A model generated the notes under the pieces. It was not told the DNA's origin. It saw nothing but the letters and a program-made list of their open reading frames with translations, and made no database searches. Shown here piece after piece: positions 36,354-48,600 of a stretch of DNA of 64,000 nucleotides. How positions within the stretch are numbered: position 1 is the stretch's first letter; each line of letters opens with the position of its first letter. The position numbers and the translations under genes were made by a program. Source of the stretch: Balanoglossus misakiensis (lineage: Eukaryota > Animalia > Hemichordata); contig CM082593.2 of assembly GCA_040954595.2 (NCBI GenBank), forward strand, positions 11,607,477-11,671,476, given 5' to 3'.

Positions 36354-36689
36354 TGTGGGGAAGTATCGTGGCAGTGATCAATACTCCCGGGAGGGGGTTC
36401 GAGTATACTGACGTCGGAAAAGAAGCGAACGATTCAGTGCTAGGTAAAACACTGGTTTATTACCATCTGAATCCAACAACAAAGTAACACCACAGAGCTC
36501 CTTACAAAAAGCTGCCCGAAAGCGCCAAAACTGGGTTATATATAAGTCCCACGAACGCCGGAGCAAACACTCAAAAATTACAATAAATCTGCTACAAGTA
36601 TAAAGTTTGGAGGGAAACAAAGTCAACTCTGATAGGGTAAGAGTTTCCGTCACGTGATCCTTCTGGAGTAAATCTCTCACTTCTCCATA
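36354..36689 (-). repeat. BEL copy 1 5' LTR
   Basis: Direct repeat of 28852-29187, adjacent to the PBS. Confidence 0.95.
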
Positions 36690-39600
36690 CAAATTGTGGC
36701 TAAAATTGTTATTTTCGTGTTGAATGCCGCCAGTGTCACTGCTTTTAAAAGTCATAAAAACTTTTAGCATACAAGCAATTGTTTATATATGATCAGGTCA
36801 CCGAATTAAAAAAATAAAGAATGTTTTGCCTAAAAATGACCTTTTTGGTGCAAAAACGAATAAAACGCAATTTTGTATTAAATCAGCTCATTCAGAGTGC
36901 ATTTTTATAATCAGCACCATTTTTACGTATAATGGAAATTTCATACATCATCAGATATCCAAATATGAAAAAATGAATTAGATATATTTAAGATGATTGT
37001 CCAAAATTAGCTGATATCTGATAAATGTAGTATTGAACCGTTCTGTTTCCCCCCCCCCCCTACATTACATGAGGTACGCCGATGTCAGCTTACCCGGCAT
37101 TACTGCAGGCCGTGCTCCCAACTAACGTCGGTGTTTGAAACGCCCTGGTTAAATTCGAGCTTTCTCTATAAATTGACAGGCAATAATGCAGTCCTACCCG
37201 AACAAATGTCGAGTGTTGACCCGCTGTGACTTTCCCTCTTCGGTTTGCCCGACTTAGCCAACGTCTTTGTACTAATGTGTCGGGTCTTTTGCAGAGCCAG
37301 GCCGAAGGAAATACAACTTGATCAACGTTGCTAACGAACGCTAGTGTCTGTCATGGTGTGCCGGGGTTTAAGTCGAGCCAGGCCGTAGGAGATCAAACTT
37401 GATCATCGTGGTCAATGTACGCGTGTTTCCGCTCTAAAGTGCCGGGGCTTCAGCTAAACCAGGCCGTAGGAAATCCGACGTAATCACCGTTGTTAACTTA
37501 CGCCAGTCTGTGTCATATAGAGCCGGGGCATCAGCCGTGCCAGGCCGAAGGAAATGTGAGTAGATCAACGTGGTCTCTGTACGCGTGTTTCTGCTCTAGA
37601 GTGCCAGGGCTTTAGCCAAGCCATGCCGTAGGAAATCTGACTTGATCAACGTTGCTAACGAACGCTAGTGTCTGTCATAGTGTGCCGGGGTTTCAGTCGA
37701 GCCAAGCCGTAGGAGATCAGACTTGATCAACGTGGTCTCTGTACGCGTGTTTCTGCTCTAGAGTGCCGGGGCTTTATCCAAGTCATGCCGTAGGAAATCT
37801 GACTTGATCACCGTTGCTAACGAACGCTAGTGTCTGTCATGGTGTGCCGGGGTTTTAGTCGAGCCAGGCCGTAGGAAATCTGACTTGATCAACGTTGCTA
37901 ATGAACGCTAGTGTCTGTTATAGTGTGCCGGGGTTTTAGTCGAGCCAAGCCGTAGGAGATCAGACTTGATCAACGTGGTCTCTGTACGCGTGTTTCTGCT
38001 CTAGAGTGCCGGGGCTTTATCCAAGCCATGCCGTAGAAAATCTGACTTGATCACCGTTGCTAACCTACGCTAGTGTCTGTCATATTGTGACGGAGATTTA
38101 GCCGAGCCAGGCCGTAGAAAAATCGACTTGTTCAACGTTACCATTTGTGCAACTGTTTCTGCTCTAGAGTGTCAGGGTTTTAGCCGACTTATGCTGTAGG
38201 AAATCTGAGTTGATGAACGGGAATTCATTGTTAGAAAACCCGTGGAAAGTATCTCTACCCGTTTGAAACTAAGAAAAGAATGTATTCTTATTTATTTTGT
38301 AAAAAAGACAATTTTTCGAAAAAAAGTCGAAAATGGTAATTTTGTCTTGGGTGATTCAAATTATACCGCCTTTTCTGGAATTTGCAGCACTTTTTACAAG
38401 AGAACGACACTTCATGCTCCATTATATTTCCGAAAATGAAGAAAAGAGTTAATTTTTTATGATTTTTTAAAAATTTACCATTTTTGTCAAAATATGGCCA
38501 AAATGGCTATTTTTTCTTGAATTCCGTCAATATCTCTGCATTTTTGGAGTGGTCGAAAGTTTTAACATACAATCAACATGTCATATATGATCAGGGCACC
38601 AAATTCGATGAACAAAGGTTTTTTATTTTTTTTTCTAAAAATGACATTTTCAAGGAAAATTTGGTAAAACGCAATTTTGTCTGCAGTGAGCCAAATTAGA
38701 CGGTCTTTTGTGGAATTTATATCGATATATACATACGAAGAGCATTCTATACTCCATCAGATTTCCGAAAATGTAGAAAACATGTATTTTTTGTAATTTT
38801 CAAAAATTTACCATTTTGACCAAATTGTGGCTAAAATTGTTATTTTCGTGTTGAATGCCGCCAGTGTCACTGCTTTTAAAAGTCATAAAAACTTTTAACA
38901 TACAAGCAATTGTTTATATATGATCAGGTCACCGAATTAAAAAAATAAAGAATGTTTTGACTAAAAATGACCTTTTTGGTGCAAAAACGAATAAAACGCA
39001 ATTTTGTATTAAATCAGCTCATTCAGACTGCATTTTTATAATCAGCACCATTTTTACATATAATGGAAATTTCATACATCATCAGATATCCAAATATGAA
39101 AAGATGATTTACATTTTAGATGATTGTCCAAAATTAGCTGATATCTGATAAATGTAGTATTGAACCGTTCTGTTCCCCCCCCCCCTACATTATATGCGGT
39201 ACGCTGATGTCAGCTTACCCGGCAGTACTGCAGGCCGTGCCCCCAACTAACGGCGGTGTTTGAAACGCCCTGGTTAAATTCGGGCTTTCTCTATAAATTG
39301 ACAGGCAATAATGCAGTCCTACCGGAACAAATGTCGAGTGTTGACCCGCTGTGACTTTCCCTGTTCGGTTTGCCCGACTTAGCCAACATCTTTGTACTAG
39401 AGTGTCGGGTCTTTTGCAGAGCCAGGCCGAAGGAAATCCGACTTGATCACCGTTGCTAACGAACGCTAGTGTCTGTCATGGTGTGCCGGGGTTTTAGTCG
39501 AGCCAGGCTGTAGGAGATCTGACTTGATCATCGTGGTCAATGTACGCGTGTTTCCGCTCTAAAGTGCCGGGGCTTCAGCTAAACCAGGCCGTAGGAAATC

Positions 39601-42600
39601 CGACGTAATCACCGTTGATAACTTACGCCAGTCTGTGTCATATAGAGCCGGTGCACCAGCCGAGTCACGCCGTAGGAAATCTGACTTGATCAACGTGGTC
39701 AATGTACGCCTGTTTCTGCTCTAGAGTGCTGGGGCTTCAGCTGAGCCAGGCCGTAGGAAATCCGACGTGATTACCGTTGTTAACTTACGCCAGTTTGTGT
39801 CCTATATATAGTGCCGGGGGCATCAGCCGTGCCAGGCCGAAGGAAATGTGAGAAGATCAACGTGGTCTCTGTACGCGTGTTTCTGCTCTAGAGTGCCAGG
39901 GTTTTAGCTAAGCCATGCCGTAGGAAATCTGACTTGATCAACGTTGCTAACGAACGCTAGTGTCTGTCATAGTGTGCCGGGGTTTTAGTCGAGCCAAGCC
40001 GTAGGAGATCAGACTTGATCAACGTGGTCTCTGTACGCGTGTTTCTTCTCTAGAGTGCCGGGGCTTCAGCTCAGCCAGGCCGTAGGAAACCCATGCCGTA
40101 GAAAATCTGACTTGATCACCGTTGCTAACGTACGCTTGTGTCTGTCATATTGTGACGGAGATTTAGTCGAGCCAGGCCGTAGAAAAATCGACTTGTTCAA
40201 CGTTACCAGTGTGCAACTGTTTCTGCTCTAGAGTGTAAGGGTTTTAGCCGACTTATGCTGTAGGAAATCTGAGTTGATGAACGGGAATTCAATGTTAGAA
40301 AACCCGTGTGGAAAGTATCTCTACCCGTTTGAAACTAAGAAAAGAATTTATTCTTATTTATTTTGTAAAAAAACAATTTTTCGAAAAAAAGTCGAAAATG
40401 GTAATTTTGTCTTGGGTGATTCAAATTATACCACCTTTTCTGGAATTTGCAGCACTTTTTACAAGAGAACGACACTTCATGCTCCATAATATTTCCGAAA
40501 ATGAAGAAAAGAGTTTATTTTTTATGCTTTTTAAAAATTTACCATTTTTGTCAAAATATGGCCAAAATGGCTATTTTTTCTTGAATTCCGTCAATATCTC
40601 TGCATTTTTGGAGTGGTCGAAACTTTTAACATACAATCAACATGTCGTTATGATCCGAGCACCAAATTCGAAGAACAAAGGTTTTTTTATTTTTTTTTCT
40701 AAAAATGACATTTTCAAGGAAAATTTGGTAAAACGCAATTGTGTCTGCAGTGAGCCAAATTAGACGGTCTTTTGTGGAATTTGTATCGATATATACATAC
40801 GAAGAGCATTCTATACTCCATCAGATTTCCGAAAATGTAGAAAACAGGTATTTTTTGTAATTTTCAAAATTTTTCCATTTTGACCAAATTGTGCTTAAAT
40901 TGTTATTTTCGTGTTGAATGCCGCCAGTGTCACTGATTTTAAAAGTCATAAAAACTTTTAACATACAAGCAATTCTTTATATATGATCAGGTCACCGAAT
41001 TAAAAAAATAAAGAATGTTTTGCCTAAAAATGACCTTTTACGTGCAAAAACGAATAAAACGTAATTTTGTATTAAATCAGCTCATTCAGAGTGCATTTTT
41101 TATAATCAGCAATATTTTTACATATAATGGAAATTTCATACATCATCAGATATCCAAATATGAAAAAATGATTTAGATTTTAGATGATTGTCCAAAATTA
41201 GCTGATATCTAATAAATGTATTATTGAACCGTTCTGTTTGCCCCCCCCCCCCCTACATTATATGCGGTACGCCGATGTCAGCTTACCCGGCAGTACTGCA
41301 GGCCGTGCCCCCAACTAACGTCGGTGTTTGAAACGCCCTGGTTAAATTCGGGCTTTCTCTATAAATTGACAGGCAATAATGCAGTCCTACCCGAACAAAT
41401 GTCGAGTGTTGACCAGCTGTGACTTTCCCTCTTCGGTTTGCCCGACTTAGCCAACGTCTTTGTACTAGAGTGTCGGGTCTTTTGCAGAGCCAGGCCGAAG
41501 GAAATCCGACTTGATCAACGTGGTCAATGTACGCCTGTTTCTGCTCTAGAGTGCCGGGGCTTCAGCTGAGCCAGGCCGTAGGAAACCCGACGTGATTACC
41601 GTTGTTAACTTACGCCAGTCTGTGTCCTATATATAGTGCCGGGGCATCAGCCGTGCCAGGCCGAAGGAAATGTGAGTAGATCAACGTGGTCTCTGTACGC
41701 GTGTTTCTGCTCTAGAGTGCCGGGGCTTTATCCAAGCCATGCCGTAGAAAATCTGACTTGATCACCGTTGCTAACGTACGCTAGTGTCTGTCATATTGTG
41801 ACGGAGATTTAGCCGAGCCAGGCCGTAGAAAAATCGACTTGTTCAACGTTACCAGTGTGCAACTGTTTCTGCTCTAGAGTGTCAGGGTTTTAGCTGACTT
41901 ATGCTGTAGGAAATCTGAGTTGATGAACGGGAATTCAATGTTAGAAAACCCGTGTGGAAAGTATCACTACCCGTTTGAAACTAAGAAAATAATTTATTCT
42001 TATTTATTTTGTAAAAAAGACAATTTTTCGAAAAAAAGTCGAAAATGGTAATTTTGTCTTGGGTGATTCAAATTATACCGCCTTTTCTGGAATTTGCAGC
42101 ACTTTTTACAAGAGAACGACACTTCATGCTCCATAATATTTCCGAAAATGAAGAAAAGAGTTTAATTTTTATAATTTTTTAAAAATGTACTATTTTGTCA
42201 AAATATGGCCAAAATGGCTATTTTTTCTTGAATTCCGTCAATATCTCTGCATTTTTGGAGTGGTCGAAAGTTTTAACATACAATCAACATGTCATATATG
42301 ATCAGGGCACCTAATTCGAAGAACAAAGGTTTTTTTATTTTATTTTTTCTAAAAATGACATTTTCAAGGAAAATTTGGTAAAACGCAATTTTGTCTGCAG
42401 TGAGCCAAATTAGACGGTCTTTTGTGGAATTTGTATCGATATATACATACGAAGAGCATTCTATACTCCATCAGATTTCCGAAAATGTAGAAAACAGGTA
42501 TTTTTTGTAATTTTAAAAAAATTTACAATTTTTACCAAATTGTGGCTAAAATTGCTATTTTCGCGTTGAATGCCGCCAGTGTTACTGCTTTTAAAAGTCA

Positions 42601-45600
42601 TGAAAACTTTTAACATACAAGCAATTGTTTATATATGATCAGGTCACCGAATTAAAAAAATAAAGAACGTTTTGACTAAAAATGACATTTTTGGTGCAAA
42701 AACGAAGAAAACGCAATTTTGTATTAAATCAGCTCATTCAGAGTGCATTTTTTATAATCAGCACCATTTTTACATATAATGGAAATTTCATACATCATCA
42801 GATATCCAAATATGAAAACATGATTTAGATTTTAGATGATTGTCCAAAATTAGCTGATATCTAATAAATGTAGTATTGAACCGTTCTGTTCCCCCCCCCC
42901 CCCCCTACATTACATGCGGTACGCCGATGTCAGCTTACCCGGCAGGACTGCAGGCCGTGCCCCCAACTAACGTCAGTGTTTGAAACGCCCTGGTTAAATT
43001 CGGGCTTTCTCTATAAATTGACAGGCAATAATGCAGTCCTACCCGAACAAATGTCGAGTGTTGACCCGCTGTGACTTTCCCTCTTCGGTTTGCCCGACTT
43101 AGCCAACGTCTTTGTACTAGAGTGTCGGTTCTTTTGCAGAGCCAGGCCGAAGGAAATCCGACTTGATCACCTTTGCTAACGAACGCTAGTGTCTGTCATG
43201 GTGTGCCGGGGTTTTAGTCGAGCCAGGCTGTAGGAGATCTGACTTGATCATCGTGGTCAATGTACGCGTGTTTCCGCTCTAAAGTGCCGGGGCTTCAGCT
43301 AAACCAGGCCGTAGGAAATCCGACGTAATCACCATTGATAACTTACGCCAGTCAGTGTCATATAGAGCCGGTGCACCAGCCGAGTCACGCCGTAGGAAAT
43401 CTGACTTGATCAACGTGGTCAATGTACGCCTGTTTCTGCTCTAGAGTGCCGGGGCTTCAGCTGAGCCAGGCCGTAGGAAACCCGACGTGATTACCGTTGT
43501 TAACTTACGCCAGTCTGTGTCCTATATATAGTGCCGGGGCATCAGCCGTGCCAGGCCGTAGGAAATCTGACTTGATCAACGTTGCTAACGAACGCTAGTG
43601 TCTGTCATAGTGTGCCGGGGTTTTAGTCGAGCCAAGCCGTAGGAGATCAGACTTGATCAACGTGGTCTCTGTACGCGTGTTTCTGCTCTAGAGTGCCGGG
43701 GCTTTATCCAACCCATGCCGTAGAAAATCTGACTTGATCACCGTTGCTAACGTACGCTAGTGTCTGTCATATTGTGACGGAGATTTAGCCGAACCAGGCC
43801 GTAGAAAAATCGACTTGTTCAACGTTACCAGTGTGCAACTGTTTCTGCTCTAGAGTGTCAGGGTTTTAGCCGACTTATGCTGTAGGAAATCTGAGTTGAT
43901 GAACGGGAATTCAATGTTAGAAAACCCGTGTGGAAAGTATCTCTACCCGTTAGAAACTAAGAAAAGAATTTATTCTTATTTATTTTGTAAAAAAGACAAT
44001 TTTTCGAAAAAAAGTCGAAAATGGTAATTTTGTCTTGGGTGATTCAAATTATACCACCTTTTCTGGAATTTGCAGCACTTTTTACAAGAGAACGACACTT
44101 CATGCTCCATAATATTTCCGAAAATGAAGAAAAGAGTTAATTGTTTAAGATTTTTTAAAAATGTACCATTTTGTCAAAATATGGCCAAAATGGCTATATT
44201 TTCTTGAATTCCGTCAATATCTCTGCATTTTTGGAGTGGTCGAAAGTTTTAACATACAATCAACATGTCGTATATGATCAGGGCACCAAATTCGAAGAAG
44301 AAAGGTTTTTTTATTTTATTTTTCTAAAAATGACATTTTCAAGGAAAATTTGGTAAAACGCAATTTTGTCTGCAGTGAGCCAAATTAGACGGTCTTTTGT
44401 GGAATTTGTATCGATATATACATACGAAGAGCATTCTATACTCCATCAGATTTCCGAAAATGTAGAAAACAGGTATTTTTTGTAATTTTCAAAAATTTAC
44501 CATTTTGACCAAATTGTGGCTAAAATTGTTATTTTCGTGTTGAATGCCGCCAGTGTCACTGCTTTTAAAAGTCATGAAAACTTTTAACATACAAGCAATT
44601 GTTTATATATGATCAGGTCACCGAATTAAAATTATAAAGAATGTTTTGACTAAAAATGACCTTTTTGGTGCAAAAACGAATAAAACGCAATTTTGTATTA
44701 AATCAGCTCATTCAGAGTGCATTTTTTATAATCAGCACCATTTTTACATATAATGGAAATTTCATACATCATCAGATATCCAAATATGAAAAAATGATTT
44801 AGATTTTAGATGATTGTCCAAAATTAGCTGATATCTAATAAATGTAGTATTGAACCGTTCTGTCCCCCCCCCCCCTACATTATATGCGGTACGCCGATGT
44901 CAGCTTACCCGGCAGTACTGCAGGCCGTGCCCCCAACTAACGTCGGTGTTTGAAACGGCCTGGTTAAATTCGGGCTTTCTCTATAAATTGACAGGCAATA
45001 ATGCAGTCCTACCCGAACAAATGTCGAGTGTTGACCCGCTGTGACTTTCCCTCTTCGGTTTGCCCGACTTAGCCAACGTCTTTGTACTAGAGTGTCGGTT
45101 CTTTTGCAGAGCCAGGCCGAAAGAAATCCGACTTGATCACCGTTGCTAACGAACGCTAGTGTCTGTCATGGTGTGCCGGGGTTTTAGTCGAGCCAGGCTG
45201 TAGGAGATCTGACTTGATCATCGTGGTCAATGTACGCGTGTTTCCGCTCTAAAGTGCCGGGGCTTCAGCTAAACCAGGCCGTAGGAAATCCGACGTAATC
45301 ACCGTTGATAACTTACGCCAGTCTGTGTCATATAGAGCCGGTGCACCAGCCGAGTCACGCCGTAGGAAATGTGAGTAGATCAACGTGGTCTCTGTACGCG
45401 TGTTTCTGCTCTAGAGTGCCGGGGCTTTATCCAAGCCATGCCGTAGAAAATCTGACTTGATCACCGTTGCTAACGTTTGCTAGTGTCTGTCATATTGTGA
45501 CGGAGATTTAGCCGAGCCAGGCCATAGAAAAATCGACTTGTTCAACGTTACCAGTGTGCAACTGTTTCTGCTCTAGAGTGTCAGGGTTTTAGCCGACTTA

Positions 45601-48600
45601 TGCTGTAGGAAATCTGAGTTGATGAACGGGAATTCAATGTTAGAAAACCCGTGTGGAAAGTATCTCTACCCGTTTGAAACTAAGAAAAGAATTTATTCTT
45701 ATTTATTTTGTAAAAAAGACAATTTTTCGAAAAAAAGTCGAAAATGGTAATTTTGTCTTGGGTGATTCAAATTATACCGCCTTTTCTGGAATTTGCAGCA
45801 CTTTTTACAAGAGAACGACACTTCATGCTCCATAATATTTCCGAAAATGAAGAAAAGAGTTAATTTTTTATGATTATTTAAAAATTTACCATTTTTGTCA
45901 AAATATGGCCAAAATGGCTATTTTTTCTTGAATTCCGTCAATATCTCTGCATTTTTGGAGTGGTCGAAAGTTTTAACATACAATCAACATATCATATATG
46001 ATCAGGGCACCAAATTCGAAGAACAAAGGTTTTTTTCTTTCTTTTTTCTTCTAAAAATGACATATTCAAGGAAAATTTGGTAAAACGCAATTTTGTCTGC
46101 AGTGAGCCAAATTAGACGGTCTTTTGACCAAATTGTGGCTAAAATTGTTATTTTCGTGTTGAATGCCGCCAGTGTCACTGCTTTTAAAAGTCATAAAAAC
46201 TTTTAACATACAAGCAATTGTTTATATATGATCAGGTCACCGAATTAAAAAAATAAAGAATGTTTTGCCTAAAAATGACCTTTTTGGTGCAAAAATGAAT
46301 AAAACGCAATTTTGTATTAAATCAGAATGCATTTTGTATAATCAGCACCATTTTTACATATAATGGAAATTTCATACATCATCAGATATCCAAATATGAA
46401 AAAAATGATTTAGATTTTAAATGATCGTCCAAAATTAGCTGATATCTAATAAATGTAGTATTGAACCGTTCTGTTCCCCCCCCCCCCTACATTATATGCG
46501 GTACGCCGATGTCAGCTTACCCGGCAGTACTGCAGGCCGTGCCCCCAACTAACGTCGGTGTTTGAAACGCCCTGGTTAAATTTGGGCTTTCTCTATAAAT
46601 TGACAGGCAATAATGCAGTCCTACCCGAACAAATGTCAAGCGTTGAACCGCTGTGACTTTCCCTCTTCGGTTTGCCTGACTTAGCCAACGTCTTTGTACT
46701 AGAGTGTCGGGTCTTTTGCAGAGCCAGGCCGACGGAAATCCGACTTGATCACCGTTGCTAACGAACGCTAGTGTCTGTCATGGTGTGCCGGGATTTTAGT
46801 CGAGCCAGGCCGTAGGAGATCTGACTTGATCATCGTGGTCAATGTACGCGTGTTTCCGCTCTAAAGTGCCGGGGATTCAGCTAAACCAGGCCGTAGGAAA
46901 TCCTACGTAATCACCGTTGATAACTTACGCCAGTCTGTGTCATATAGTGCCGGTGCACCAGCCGAGTCACGCCGTAGAAAATCTGACTTGATCAACGTGG
47001 TCAATGTACGCCTGTTTCTGCTCTAGAGTGCCGGGGCTTCAGCTGAGCCAGGCCGTAGGAAACCCGACGTGATTACCGTTGTTAACTTACGCCAGTCTGT
47101 GTCCTATATATAGTGCCGGGGCATCAGTCGTGCCAGGCCGAAGGAAATGTGAGGAGATCAACGTGGTCTCTGTACGCGTGTTTCTGCTCTAGAGCGCCAG
47201 GGTTTTAGCTAAGCCATGCCGTAGGAAATCTGACTTGATCAACGTTGCTAACGAACGCTAGTGTCTGTCATAGTGTGCCGGGGTTTTAGTCGAGCCAAGC
47301 CGTAGGAGATCAGACTTGATCAACGTTACCAGTGTGCAACTGTTTCTGCTCTAGAGTGTCAGGGTTTTAGCCGACTTATGCAGTAGGAAATCTGAGTTCA
47401 TGAACGGGAATTTAATGTTAGAAAACCCGTGTGGAAAGTATCTCTACCCGTTTGAAACTAAGAAAAGAATTTATTCTTATTTATTTTGTAAAAAAGACAA
47501 TTTTTCGAAAAAAAGTCGAAAATGGTAATTTTGTCTTGGGTGATTCAAATTATACCGCCTTTTCTGGAATTTGCCGCACTTTTTACAAGAGAACGACACT
47601 TCATGCTCCATAATATTTCTGAAAATGAAGAAAAGAGTGAATTGTTTATGATTATTTAAAAATTTACCATTTTTGTCAAAATATGGCCAAAATGGCTATT
47701 TTTTCTTGAATTCCGTCAATATCTCTGCATTTTTGGAGTGGTCGAAAGTTTTAACATACAATCAACATATCATATATGATCAGGGCACCAAATTCGAAGA
47801 ACAAAGGTTTTTTTCTTTCTTTTTTCTTCTAAAAATGACATTTTCAAGGAAAATTTGGTAAAACGCAATTTTGTCTGCAGTGAGCCAAATTAGACGGTCT
47901 TTTGTGGAATTTGTATCGATATATACATACGAAGAGCATTCTATACTCCATCAGATTTCCGAAAATGTAGAAAACAGGTATTTTTTGTAATTTTCAAAAA
48001 TTTACCATTTTGACCAAATTGTGGCTAAAATTGTTATTTTCGTGTTGAATGCCGCCAGTGTCACTGCTTTTAAAAGTCATAAAAACTTTTAACATACAAG
48101 CAATTGTTTATATATGATCAGGTCACCGAATTAAAAAAATAACGAATGTTTTGCCTAAAAATGACCTTTTTGGTGCAAAAATGAATAAAACGCAATTTTG
48201 TATTAAATCAGAATGCATTTTTTATAATAAGCACCATTTTTACATATAATGGAAATTTCATACATCATCAGATATCCAAATATGAAAAAATGATTTAGAT
48301 TTTAAATGATCGTCCAAAATTAGCTGATATCTAATAAATGTAGTATTGAACCGTTCTGTTCCCCCCCCCCCCCCTACATTATATGCGGTACGCCGATGTC
48401 AGCTTACCCGGCAGTACTGCAGGCCGTGCCCACAACTAACGTCGGTGTTTGAAACGCCCTGGTTAAATTCGGGCTTTCTCTATAAATTGACAGGCAATAA
48501 TGCAGTCCTACCCGAACAAATGTCAAGTGTTGAACCGCTGTGACTTTCCCTCTTCGGTTTGCCCGACTTAGCCAACGTCTTTGTACTAGAGTGTCGGGTC

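Larger units (their letters stand above)
28852..36689 (-). mobile_element. BEL/Pao LTR retrotransposon, copy 1 (full length, degraded, with nested LINE)
   Basis: 336-bp LTRs at 28852-29187 and 36354-36689; 5-bp TSD CAAAT (28847-28851, 36690-36694); PBS and PPT present; gag-PR-RT-RH-IN domain order. Confidence 0.96.
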
